DNA of 62,254 nucleotides, the filler included, from Bacteriovoracaceae bacterium (GTDB lineage: Bacteria > Bdellovibrionota > Bacteriovoracia > Bacteriovoracales > Bacteriovoracaceae), in the NCBI GenBank assembly GCA_018649885.1. It is 4 parts of 4 records of this genome, joined end to end, with 100 filler letters (N's around TTAATTAATTAA, not from the genome) between each part and the next. Parts side by side here need not be neighbours in the genome. Positions count along the whole stretch, not along the records: positions 1 to 20,506 come from JABIHA010000021.1; positions 20,607 to 41,848 come from JABIHA010000019.1; 2 more parts are not named here. One strand, written 5' to 3'. A program made the position numbers and the translations under genes. Positions 18,767 to 27,452 of the stretch are shown here, piece after piece; within the stretch, counting starts at the first letter, position 1, and every line of letters starts with the position of its first letter. Under the pieces are notes generated by a model. The model ran no database searches and had not been told where the DNA came from. It saw only the letters and a list, made by a program, of their open reading frames with translations.

Positions 18767-20230
18767 ATGGCTATAAGAATAAAAAAAATAAAACCATACA
18801 TTATAAACATGTTGCCTACTATGAAGAAGGAAGCTTGGACTGTTGATAAAATAATACAGGCTCTTCCAGAGGAGCTAAAAGAAGGTACTCAAGAGACCTC
18901 TAAAAGAAGAATAAACAGAACCCTGCAAAGTCTTGTTGAAGAAAAAATAGTCAGTATTGCTGACGAAACCGAAAAAAGTCACCGTTATTACATAAAGCCT
19001 TCAAAAAAAGCAAAAGAAGAACTGCCAACAGAATCCACTTCACCTGAAGAAGTCACTGTGGAACATGTATCAATAGAGTTCAAACAATCACCCGTAGTAA
19101 CAAAATATCTACTAAAAAAAAATCGAACAGCTGTAGGATACAAGAAAGAAGCTTTATGTGATTACATTCCGAATAAAAACAATTTAATTGATAAGGAAAC
19201 ACTAAGCAGACTAACAGCCCTTGCACAAAAACTTGATGTAAGTACACAAGCAACAATGCAAGCCGACACTTACACTAAAAGAATTGCAGAACGTCTGTTA
19301 ATTGATCTTTCATACAATAGTGCGAGGCTTGAGGGAAATACACTCTCTTTATTGGACACTGAAAAACTACTTACCACCGAAGATGACCCTAGTTACGGAA
19401 CTGAAACAGAAAGAGCAATGATATTAAATCATAAGCAAGCCATAGAGTTTGTAGTTCAAAATATCGACACTCAAGGTTTATCAGACATAACAATAAAAGA
19501 CATACACTATAGATTGATGGAAGACATTCTTCCGGGATGGCGGTGTGGACAAATCAGAGGCCCTAATCCAGCACATAAAAATGATGGATTGATGATAACA
19601 GGAAGCTCCTATGTGCCTCTAGAAAATCCAAACACAATAGATAATTATATAAAACTGATTCCAGCGAAAGCTAAAAAAATTGAAAATCCATTTGAACAAT
19701 CATTTTTTCTGTTAGTACATATAGCATATCTGCAAGCATTCGTTGACGGAAATAAAAGGACTTCAAGGATAGCATCAAGCATACCTCTTGTTAGAGCTAA
19801 GCTAGCACCGAACTCATTTATGGACATAGAAGTCGAAGACTACAACCAAGCATTAATGTATTTCTACGAAACATGTGATCACAAACCTTTCTTAAAAGTT
19901 TTTGAATATGCTTACGAAAGATCTATAGAAAGATTTTCAGTGGTCCTTGACTCCATTGGAGCACCTGACTCCTTCAGGATAAAGTATAGAAAACAACGAA
20001 AAAATCTTCAAGGCAAGATTATCAAAGAATTGATAATCAACAATAAGATAAGCCCATACATTGATGAATGGATGATAAGAAATAAAATAGAGGAAAAAGA
20101 CTTTGAGTTATTTAAAATTGAAACACTAAAAGATCTCAAAGAGATTAATTCAGCAAGATTTAGCTCAATTGGAGTAAATCAAGACGAATATGACGGCTGG
20201 TTCGTAAAACAAACAGAAGATCTTACGTAA
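18767..20230 (+). CDS. Fic/Doc family protein with N-terminal winged HTH
   Basis: SARLEGN motif, NHKQAI, Fic-like YLQAFVDGNKRTSR; A-rich codon usage. Confidence 0.88.
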   Translation: MAIRIKKIKPYIINMLPTMKKEAWTVDKIIQALPEELKEGTQETSKRRINRTLQSLVEEKIVSIADETEKSHRYYIKPSKKAKEELPTESTSPEEVTVEHVSIEFKQSPVVTKYLLKKNRTAVGYKKEALCDYIPNKNNLIDKETLSRLTALAQKLDVSTQATMQADTYTKRIAERLLIDLSYNSARLEGNTLSLLDTEKLLTTEDDPSYGTETERAMILNHKQAIEFVVQNIDTQGLSDITIKDIHYRLMEDILPGWRCGQIRGPNPAHKNDGLMITGSSYVPLENPNTIDNYIKLIPAKAKKIENPFEQSFFLLVHIAYLQAFVDGNKRTSRIASSIPLVRAKLAPNSFMDIEVEDYNQALMYFYETCDHKPFLKVFEYAYERSIERFSVVLDSIGAPDSFRIKYRKQRKNLQGKIIKELIINNKISPYIDEWMIRNKIEEKDFELFKIETLKDLKEINSARFSSIGVNQDEYDGWFVKQTEDLT

Positions 20231-20247
20231 CCGTTAAAAACAGAAGC

Positions 20248-20278
20248 AACGCAAGTCGTGACCATTGCATTTCAACTG
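20248..20278 (+). repeat. Diverged copy of the IS-end motif at 120-150
   Basis: 26/31 identity to 120-150; AACGCAAGTCGTGAC is identical and all mismatches are transitions. Confidence 0.7.
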
Positions 20279-20285
20279 AGCAGAG

Positions 20286-20327
20286 TTTCCATGGATATCA
20301 AAGGAGGCGAAATCTCAAACCACAAAC
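20286..20327 (+). repeat. 42-bp direct repeat, right copy
   Basis: Same 10-bp and 23-bp blocks and spacing as 18395-18436. Confidence 0.85.
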
Positions 20328-20506
20328 TAGCAATCTAGCCTGCAAAAACTCTAACCATCACTTTTTGTAACTACTCAATAAACTGAGGTTTTCTCTTTTT
20401 TGGGCCCTGTACCTAGGCCAACCAATATTAATCATTTAATATATCTTCATGTCTGAAAATGATTTCAAAAGCTTAGGCCAAAAGCTAATTGATATGTGGT
20501 CACCTA

Positions 20507-20606
20507 NNNNNNNNNNNNNNNNNNNNNNNNNNNNNNNNNNNNNNNNNNNNTTAATTAATTAANNNNNNNNNNNNNNNNNNNNNNNNNNNNNNNNNNNNNN
20601 NNNNNN
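20507..20606. other. Artificial contig linker
   Basis: N44-TTAATTAATTAA-N44, with stops in all six frames. Confidence 0.99.
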
Positions 20607-20777
20607 ATTACTACTATGGGGTTAAGGAGGCGGAGGCCACACCGTCCCGGCCTTTATATAAGAGAAAGGGGACCCTCACGAGCTCTACAAGCCTATTTAT
20701 TAGGGCCAAGTTTTCTGATCAAGTGAGTGGAATGCTTTTGATAAAAAGAGAGTTTCTCAGTAGGATCATTAGAGACA

Positions 20778-20806
20778 GTCCAATCGTTTCTGAAAAGCGA
20801 TTGGAC
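20778..20806 (-). terminator. Hairpin/terminator downstream of the cytochrome gene
   Basis: GTCCAATCGTTT/AAGCGATTGGAC stem. Confidence 0.6.
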
Positions 20807-20839
20807 AGGGCCTTCTTAAGCGTCATGTACAGATTTTAA

Positions 20840-21316
20840 CTATCTCCAATCATCCGGAAATTTATATTTGATTTTCTCTTCTTCATTTACAGGAGTGTAG
20901 CTTTTAAAATCCTGAAAACGGTAGTGAGCAAACCTTGTATGGCATCTCATGCAAGAGTAAACCAAGCGAAAATAGTATTTGTGAAGTGCCGATTCATTTT
21001 TATCTTTAACGGCCTTAGCAAGAAGCTTGGCATCTGTTTTAAAGATGGTGAAATAGCTGGCAAACTCTTTATTGTATTTATAGTAGTTTGGGTTATTGAG
21101 CACTTCGGTTGAAAGAAAATTGGCATTTTCAGCTATGGCATTCAATTTGCCCCGAGAAATCCCATCTAGAATGCCATTCATTTTTGCCTGAATCTTATAC
21201 ATCTCTTGGGTTAATTTTCTTCTTTCATTGTGTGTAAGGTTGAGTGGATGTACGTTTTTGTCCGCAAATGCCTCAAAGTTTAAAAAAACTAATATCCCTA
21301 CTAATACCCACTTCAT
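20840..21316 (-). CDS. Periplasmic monoheme cytochrome c (cytochrome c'-like helical bundle)
   Basis: Signal peptide, C-terminal CMRCH. Confidence 0.75.
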   Translation of the reverse strand: MKWVLVGILVFLNFEAFADKNVHPLNLTHNERRKLTQEMYKIQAKMNGILDGISRGKLNAIAENANFLSTEVLNNPNYYKYNKEFASYFTIFKTDAKLLAKAVKDKNESALHKYYFRLVYSCMRCHTRFAHYRFQDFKSYTPVNEEEKIKYKFPDDWR

Positions 21317-21411
21317 GACTTCCTCCATGCCTATTCATTTTATGGCATATTTTCCCAGACAAAATGAGGATTGTCAGAAAAATAATTGTTAATTTTTTTC
21401 AAATTCAGGTC

Positions 21412-21437
21412 CTAGCAGCTTCTGGGGAAGCTGCTAG
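21412..21437 (-). terminator. Hairpin/terminator downstream of the CBS gene
   Basis: CTAGCAGCTTC/GAAGCTGCTAG perfect stem. Confidence 0.65.
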
Positions 21438-21453
21438 TATTTGGAATGTCCTG

Positions 21454-21891
21454 TTAAGGTGTTGTGTTTGGGGTTGCTTCTTTTCGCTGGGACTTAGGAG
21501 TAGGTCTATTTTTCATGGTAAACCTGTGTCCTTCTACTAACTTTAATAAGTCAAAGGAGCTTACGAGCCCTATGAGTTTCTTCTCGTGCGTGACCACTAG
21601 GTGGTGAATTTTTTGATTTCTCATCATTCTTGCTGCGGTAGTCACACTCTCATATTGTGGAATCGTGAATACTTTTTTGATCATGACTTTTCTAATTTTC
21701 ATTGATAAGTCTTCAATTTTTAATAGCTCTTTTACTGAGACAACCCCCACCACGTACTCATCAGAATCTATGACTGGTAGTAAGCTGAGATTGTTCTTAT
21801 CAAGAACGGTCACAACGTGGCCCACTGTTTGGTTAGGGGTGGCGAAAACTACATGATCTCTTGTTAAATCTTTGACTTTTGCATCCATCAT
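21454..21891 (-). CDS. CBS-domain pair protein
   Basis: LLPVID..VVGVVS and HHLVV...LIGLVSSFDL; AAGGAGG RBS. Confidence 0.9.
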   Translation of the reverse strand: MMDAKVKDLTRDHVVFATPNQTVGHVVTVLDKNNLSLLPVIDSDEYVVGVVSVKELLKIEDLSMKIRKVMIKKVFTIPQYESVTTAARMMRNQKIHHLVVTHEKKLIGLVSSFDLLKLVEGHRFTMKNRPTPKSQRKEATPNTTP

Positions 21892-22008
21892 TACCTCCTT
21901 ATGCACCTATAGGATACTTGGGAGCCTGAGGCCTTGTTATGATCCACATTAGGGTATAGCATGATTGAATAGTGAGGAGCAGGAGTCCTTGATACCTGCG
22001 GTCAGGTA

Positions 22009-22941
22009 TTAAGGGAGTTTAAATTGGAATAAAAACTCAATGAGCTTTCTTTTAAAGCGGAAGTGAAAAAGCGGAGAGTGGGGCGCCTGATCCATTAGCC
22101 ATAATTCTACCTTTGACCCCTCTTGGCATCCGGCCCAACTTGAAACATCTGTTTCTTTGAACTTTGCTCCTAGAGTAAAATTGTAGAGGTTTTTAAACTC
22201 TGTAGGAACTTCATTACATCCAAATTTTGCAGCGTAACTTGTAACTAGTTGTCTGCCCCCTAGGTAGGGACTTCTGTTTTTATCAACATTTTTAAAGCGC
22301 TGTCCAAAAATAGAGACCAGGGAGTCAGTAAATAGCTGGGTGGGAGAATACTCAATAGTTGTGTCACTAGTACCATGAATGTGTAATAGCGAAAATGGAC
22401 TTTTGTTTTTGCACTCTGTGCTCCTTAGGGTTGAGGAACCAGAAATGACTGCAATGCCCGCAACCTTTGAATCACTTTGACATGCAAGGGAATAGGCCAT
22501 GAATCCACCATTTGAATGACCTACAATATAGACACTTTTGGGGTCTACGCGGTAGTTCTCAATATAGTGATCAATAAGGTTTGTTAAATAGCTTAAGTCA
22601 TCAACACCCTTGTTGTACCAGTCACAGCAAAATTCATCTGCGGCCCAAAACTGTTCTCCGAATTGGTTCTTTACCCCCTCGGGGGCAACCAGAATAAAAC
22701 CATCCTTATTAACTCTAGCGCCAAGGCCAGTATAAAAAAGATGTCCAGTGGCATTCCCTGTAAAACCATGAAGCATGATGACCAGTGGCCACTTCTTTTT
22801 TTGTTTAAATTTCTTTGGAAAGAAAACCTTTTCGCTAGCTCTTTTGGCCTTACTTGGAGCGTATATCAAATCATCTGCCCAGGAAGCAGACAAAGTAAAA
22901 ATAGAAATGAATACAAAAGTTAAATAAGTTTTATTTTTCAT
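22009..22941 (-). CDS. Secreted alpha/beta-hydrolase esterase (PHB depolymerase/LpqC-like)
   Basis: LHG, GHSNGG nucleophile, IHGTSD, signal peptide. Confidence 0.85.
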   Translation of the reverse strand: MKNKTYLTFVFISIFTLSASWADDLIYAPSKAKRASEKVFFPKKFKQKKKWPLVIMLHGFTGNATGHLFYTGLGARVNKDGFILVAPEGVKNQFGEQFWAADEFCCDWYNKGVDDLSYLTNLIDHYIENYRVDPKSVYIVGHSNGGFMAYSLACQSDSKVAGIAVISGSSTLRSTECKNKSPFSLLHIHGTSDTTIEYSPTQLFTDSLVSIFGQRFKNVDKNRSPYLGGRQLVTSYAAKFGCNEVPTEFKNLYNFTLGAKFKETDVSSWAGCQEGSKVELWLMDQAPHSPLFHFRFKRKLIEFLFQFKLP

Positions 22942-23283
22942 TTGAAGTCGACTCTCTCCAAATTTCCTCTCGGGTATTTATTAAAAATAAAGTAGAGTCG
23001 TTCCCCAAATAATCGGATTCAGATGACGAGAAACTCATACAAATTTTATAGGGCGCAGGAAACAGAATTTAGTGAACAATAATAGTCGGTTATTGCCGGG
23101 GCACACATCTCTTGTGTGTCCCATTTTCCTTTCAACAAATAACAGTCTAAAAAGCTCAAGAAGTGTTTCATGAGGGCCGCCCCAATTTATTCAAAGATGC
23201 AATGAAGCGAATCAAGATATTTTCTTCTTAGTTTGTTTTTTATGACCTAAAATTTTTTCTATAAAAAACACTAAGGAGAAAAA

Positions 23284-23904
23284 ATGTTAAAAGTAATCTC
23301 ACTAATTACACTCATGGCCCTTGCACTTCCTGCTATGGCCTTCACACTTTCAGTAGAAGATTTCGATAGTTTTGAACCACAAAGTTTACTTAGGCCAGCT
23401 CCAGGATCTCAGTGCAGAGACCTTAAGTTAACGGATGCTCAAAAAGCAGAAATTCATCAGACAATTTTTGTGGCAAAGAAGAAGGGCAATATTTTAGAGG
23501 CCCATCTTAAAAACTCAAAAATGGATCTTTTTAAAGTACTAGTTAATCCTAAATCTCTTAGAAAAGATGCAGAAGGTGCAATGGGATCGATCTCAACAAA
23601 AGCTGCTCCTCTTCATGCTCTCAAGTCTGAGGTAAAGCTTGATATTCTTTTTGATATTTTAACTGCTGAGCAAAGAGTAAAAGTTGTTCACTGTAAAAAA
23701 ATGCAAAGAAGAAGAGGACCAAAAAATGGAAAAGGACCTCATGGTAGAAAAGGACCTAGAAATGGGAAAGGACCTCACCATGGAAAAGGACCACATGATG
23801 GCCACAAAGATCACAAAAGACCGCATGATGGTCATAAAGATCACAAAGATCATAAAGACCACAAAGGACCACATGACGGCAAAGATCATAAACACTACAA
23901 CTAA
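23284..23904 (+). CDS. Spy/CpxP (LTXXQ)-like periplasmic protein with His/Lys/Asp-rich repeat tail
   Basis: Signal peptide, LTDAQK and ILTAEQR motifs, GKGPH/HKD repeats. Confidence 0.75.
   Translation: MLKVISLITLMALALPAMAFTLSVEDFDSFEPQSLLRPAPGSQCRDLKLTDAQKAEIHQTIFVAKKKGNILEAHLKNSKMDLFKVLVNPKSLRKDAEGAMGSISTKAAPLHALKSEVKLDILFDILTAEQRVKVVHCKKMQRRRGPKNGKGPHGRKGPRNGKGPHHGKGPHDGHKDHKRPHDGHKDHKDHKDHKGPHDGKDHKHYN
23716..23895 (+). repeat. 18-bp and 9-bp in-frame tandem repeats (xxGKGP, HKD)
   Basis: Recurrent GGAAAAGGACC and CATAAAGAT/CACAAAGAT units. Confidence 0.8.
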
Positions 23905-23921
23905 GATTTAAATAAAAAAAA

Positions 23922-23945
23922 TGCCACACCTATTAAGGTGTGGCA
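23922..23945. terminator. Terminator between convergent genes
   Basis: TGCCACACC/GGTGTGGCA stem preceded by an A run. Confidence 0.75.
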
Positions 23946-23995
23946 CAAAACTCCTGACGTAAATACAACCCAATTGTACAACCGGAAAATTTCAA

Positions 23996-24862
23996 CTATC
24001 TAACAGTGAGAAGAGTACGCCTTCTGTGTAATCTGTTTAGCTTAAGCTTTGCTTGAAATGTTTTTCTACCACTAGTTGCACTTGGATAGAAATACATGCT
24101 GCTTTTTCTTCGTGCCTTTTTAAATGCTGGAGCTCCTTGGATATCTCTAGCTACTAGGGCCATAGATTTTATCTCTAGGTGATCTTTCTTCCAAAGCTTG
24201 GTCAGATCTCCTGGATTGATGACAGAGCTGAAGTCAAAAAATATGGCCAGGCCATTTGCGTTTTGTCCATCACCTGTGAATAGACCCGCAATTCCTTTCA
24301 CCCCTTTAATATCGAACATTGGAAAAATATTGACTGAGCCAATGCTATCGCCGATATCTGAAAACTGAACTATTGGAACGGCCACACCTACTAGTGCCAT
24401 ACCTTCAGCAATTCCCAAGTAAACGCGAACAGTAGTATTTTCTACCTGAAAGTTAATCACTTTCGAGTAGTCAATTCCTCCAACTGGGATTTGTCTTCCA
24501 TTGGGAAGAGTTGCATCCCCTGAAACAACCTTTCCGCCTGATGCTCCTGTCAAATTAACTCCTGCGCTAATTTCATTGGTTCCATCAAAGCCTGAAAGAA
24601 GAGAAACGTAGCCTAAGTCGACATGAGTTTCTGGATGTCTAATATTAAATTCGATAGACGGTAGATTCATATTTCCCAAATCTAGTTGCATACCGAAGTC
24701 TATAATAATGTCGCCGTCATCATTTTTATAGGCGCCGAGTTCAAGGTCTTTTAATACTTGGACTTCTTGAGATGGTGGGTTACACCCAATAATTAGAAAT
24801 ATTGAAAATGAAATAAGTAATGCCTTGTGGCCTAAAAACCACCACGATTGGTTTTTCTTCAT
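23996..24862 (-). CDS. Hypothetical lipoprotein (Bdellovibrionota-type)
   Basis: Lipobox IIGC, GGAG RBS, beta-rich body with TLPNG motif. Confidence 0.7.
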   Translation of the reverse strand: MKKNQSWWFLGHKALLISFSIFLIIGCNPPSQEVQVLKDLELGAYKNDDGDIIIDFGMQLDLGNMNLPSIEFNIRHPETHVDLGYVSLLSGFDGTNEISAGVNLTGASGGKVVSGDATLPNGRQIPVGGIDYSKVINFQVENTTVRVYLGIAEGMALVGVAVPIVQFSDIGDSIGSVNIFPMFDIKGVKGIAGLFTGDGQNANGLAIFFDFSSVINPGDLTKLWKKDHLEIKSMALVARDIQGAPAFKKARRKSSMYFYPSATSGRKTFQAKLKLNRLHRRRTLLTVR

Positions 24863-24955
24863 AAGAATTTCTCCTGCTAACCTAGCTGATACAAATATTT
24901 TTATAAATGCTAGTGTTAGTCCCCCCCTGGACACCCACTTTTGCCTAACAATAGA

Positions 24956-24982
24956 GTATCGTCCCCCGATTTTAATTTCTGA
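24956..24982 (-). promoter_or_regulatory. sigma28-like promoter
   Basis: TCAG-N15-GACGATAC on the minus strand. Confidence 0.5.
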
Positions 24983-25051
24983 GGATCTTGAGTAGTATTT
25001 AGGGAAAATCTTTTCTTTTTAATCAATATTTAATAATTTAAAATAATTTTC

Positions 25052-25765
25052 ATGTGCAATATCATAGAAATGCCCGACTCAGGACCCCCAAATGGTTTTA
25101 CCAAAGACCAAATCCTCTTTGAAAACTCAGATTTAATAGCTGTTAATAAACCCAGTGGGCTCTTAGTTCACCCATATTGGAGTGAAACAAATGAGACTGA
25201 GTGTTTAATGAAGCAACTTCGCGACCATCTAGGCCACTGGGTCTATGTTATTGGTCGCTTAGACCGGCCAGTTTCAGGAATCGTTCTTTTCGGGAAAAAT
25301 AAAGAGAGTGTCAGGGTGATTAAAGATCTTTGGCATCTTCCTAGTACTAGGAAGAGCTATCTCTTGTTGGTCAAAGGAATCATTGATGAACCAGGGGTTT
25401 TTGAACTTCCTCTCACTGATGACAATAAAGTAAAAAAAGAGGCCGAAACTGAGTATTGGCCTTTAGAAAAATTTGAAAAGGCCACGCTGGTTAAGGCCCA
25501 AATTCTAACCGGAAGAAAACATCAAATTAGAAGGCATTTCTCTACAGGTATGCACCAAATAATAGGTGATACAAAATATGGTAAGGGAAGGTACAATCAA
25601 TACTACCGTGATCATTTTGATCTTCACCGTATCTTTCTTCATGCTCATAGTTTGAGAATTGATGATGCAAGTGGGTTGAAGCTGCTAGATGTTGAATGTT
25701 CTCTTCCTCAGGAGCTTGAATCCACACTAAATAGGTTGCAAAGCGACCCGGATTTATTAAGATAG
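25052..25765 (+). CDS. truC: RluA-family pseudouridine synthase, TruC-like
   Basis: VNKPSGLLVH, RLDRPVSG, TGRKHQIRRH, IIGDTKYG, FLHA. Confidence 0.8.
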   Translation: MCNIIEMPDSGPPNGFTKDQILFENSDLIAVNKPSGLLVHPYWSETNETECLMKQLRDHLGHWVYVIGRLDRPVSGIVLFGKNKESVRVIKDLWHLPSTRKSYLLLVKGIIDEPGVFELPLTDDNKVKKEAETEYWPLEKFEKATLVKAQILTGRKHQIRRHFSTGMHQIIGDTKYGKGRYNQYYRDHFDLHRIFLHAHSLRIDDASGLKLLDVECSLPQELESTLNRLQSDPDLLR

Positions 25766-25784
25766 TGCCTGGGAAGGATCATCC

Positions 25785-26309
25785 ATGGAAAAAGTCTTCA
25801 AGAATTTTAAAACTACTCTCATTATTCTTTATTTTTGTCTTTTGGCCTCTAGGGTCGCTTTATATTTATATATGCCCACAATGTATCCAGATGGAATATC
25901 AAATGCTCCCTTTGACTCTGGAAATATGATTGTGATGGTGATCTTGGGGATTGTCATTTTCAATGCAGCTCTATGTTTTTATCTATACAAAATAGGGTAT
26001 CAAAAAGAATTTTTGACCAAGCAAGGTGGTTTTTTATTTGGGGCCAGAAACTCTCACCTTTCACCTCTGACTGATGGTAGGATGACTGACAGTGATAAAT
26101 TAAAATGGATTGCTTTAAATAAATTTCAAATAGTGAGTGTCACCAGCTGGGCACTGTCAGAGTCTATTTTTGTATTTGGTTTGATTTCTCCCAATTTAGG
26201 AGCAAATACAGGGACCGTGCAAGCTGTAATGATTTTCAGCACTATTATTGGATGCTTGCAGTATCCACGTCTTGCTCGTGTGGAAGAAATCTTAGACTCA
26301 ATTTCTTAG
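25785..26309 (+). CDS. Hypothetical membrane protein
   Basis: About 4 hydrophobic segments; WALSES motif. Confidence 0.6.
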   Translation: MEKVFKNFKTTLIILYFCLLASRVALYLYMPTMYPDGISNAPFDSGNMIVMVILGIVIFNAALCFYLYKIGYQKEFLTKQGGFLFGARNSHLSPLTDGRMTDSDKLKWIALNKFQIVSVTSWALSESIFVFGLISPNLGANTGTVQAVMIFSTIIGCLQYPRLARVEEILDSIS

Positions 26310-26680
26310 TCCATGTGAATGGGATAGAGCTTAATTTCAGTCACAGTTTTTCCACCATTAATATTGCCACTTCTTTCAGGCAATATTTGAATTGAGGCGT
26401 AGATATCAACTTCATCATCAGTCATCTTTACACCACAACTTCCAATAAATTCACTAGATGCAAACTCAGAGAAACTTCCTACACACCTTAATGATTTTTC
26501 ATGAACAGAAATTTTTGGATTTTTAGCTTTAAAGGCGGAAAGTTGTGTCAGGGCCATGTCAGTAAGAGGACTTGTGACATCGCAACCTACGGTTGTATCC
26601 ATATTATCGTCACCTTCACATTTTGCGTGAGCGCCACTCACAATTAAAGTTGCTAGAATGACAAATAGTGAAAATTTCAT
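26306..26680 (-). CDS. Hypothetical secreted protein
   Basis: Signal peptide ending AHA, four Cys. Confidence 0.65.
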   Translation of the reverse strand: MKFSLFVILATLIVSGAHAKCEGDDNMDTTVGCDVTSPLTDMALTQLSAFKAKNPKISVHEKSLRCVGSFSEFASSEFIGSCGVKMTDDEVDIYASIQILPERSGNINGGKTVTEIKLYPIHMD

Positions 26681-26861
26681 AAATTCCTTCAGTATTAAAG
26701 TTAAGTAAGTTTTTAACCATTGTTTGCTTATGGTGTGAATAGTGATGAAAAAAGTTCAGGATTTGGAGGGCATTAACAAAATAATTGCGCGATGCGCACG
26801 ATAAAGCACCAATGTGAGAAGGGGGCAGGGCCCCTGGATCTCAGACACCCCATCCTCTTTG

Positions 26862-27335
26862 TTAAGAAATGTTGATTCTTCTAGATGTTCTTACTTCATC
26901 ATCTGCCTTGGCGACATTGATAGTGAGAACGCCATTTTCAAACTTAGCACTGATTCTTTCTTCGTCCACTTCACTTGGAAACGGGAGGGTTCGGCTAAAG
27001 CGGCCAAACGACCTCTCTGTTCTGTGCCAACCCTCTTTTTCTTCACTACGAGTGACTCTTTTTTCACCCGAAATGAGTAGTGCATTGTCCCTAATGGAGA
27101 GTTCGATCTCATCTTTTGAGACACCTGGTAGCTCAGTATGAACTTCAAACTCGTCTTCAGTTTCCTTCATATCCACTCGAGGCATGAAGCTTGTTTGATC
27201 ACTGCTCCAATTAACTGTAGGAAAGTCATCCCAGAGACCTTCAAAAAGATAGTTAATATCCCTCTGTAGGGAACCCACTGGGTGCTCCTCTTTTCTAATA
27301 GGAGTTGTAGAATTTCTAGTTTTAAATAGTGACAT
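26862..27335 (-). CDS. Small heat shock protein (Hsp20/alpha-crystallin)
   Basis: PRVDMKET, ELPGV, ERSFGRFSR, AKFENGVLTI; AAGGAGGAG RBS. Confidence 0.95.
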   Translation of the reverse strand: MSLFKTRNSTTPIRKEEHPVGSLQRDINYLFEGLWDDFPTVNWSSDQTSFMPRVDMKETEDEFEVHTELPGVSKDEIELSIRDNALLISGEKRVTRSEEKEGWHRTERSFGRFSRTLPFPSEVDEERISAKFENGVLTINVAKADDEVRTSRRINIS

Positions 27336-27452
27336 GGTTTCTCCTCCTTATTTATCATCTCAATATAAGGATCATAGATTTAAAGGCGAGATTATTCTTT
27401 GATTTAAATCAATTTCAATTTAGATATTAAACAAGTTGTTAGCAAGGCCTTC

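Noticed and set aside
20507..20606. TTAATTAATTAA palindrome within N runs (also 41849-41948 and 57713-57812)
   Set aside because: Artificial six-frame-stop linker. ORFs running into X residues and gene adjacency across linkers are artefacts.
20607..20700. GC-richer contig-start sequence as an IS end or ncRNA
   Set aside because: Too short and truncated; no family signature I can support.
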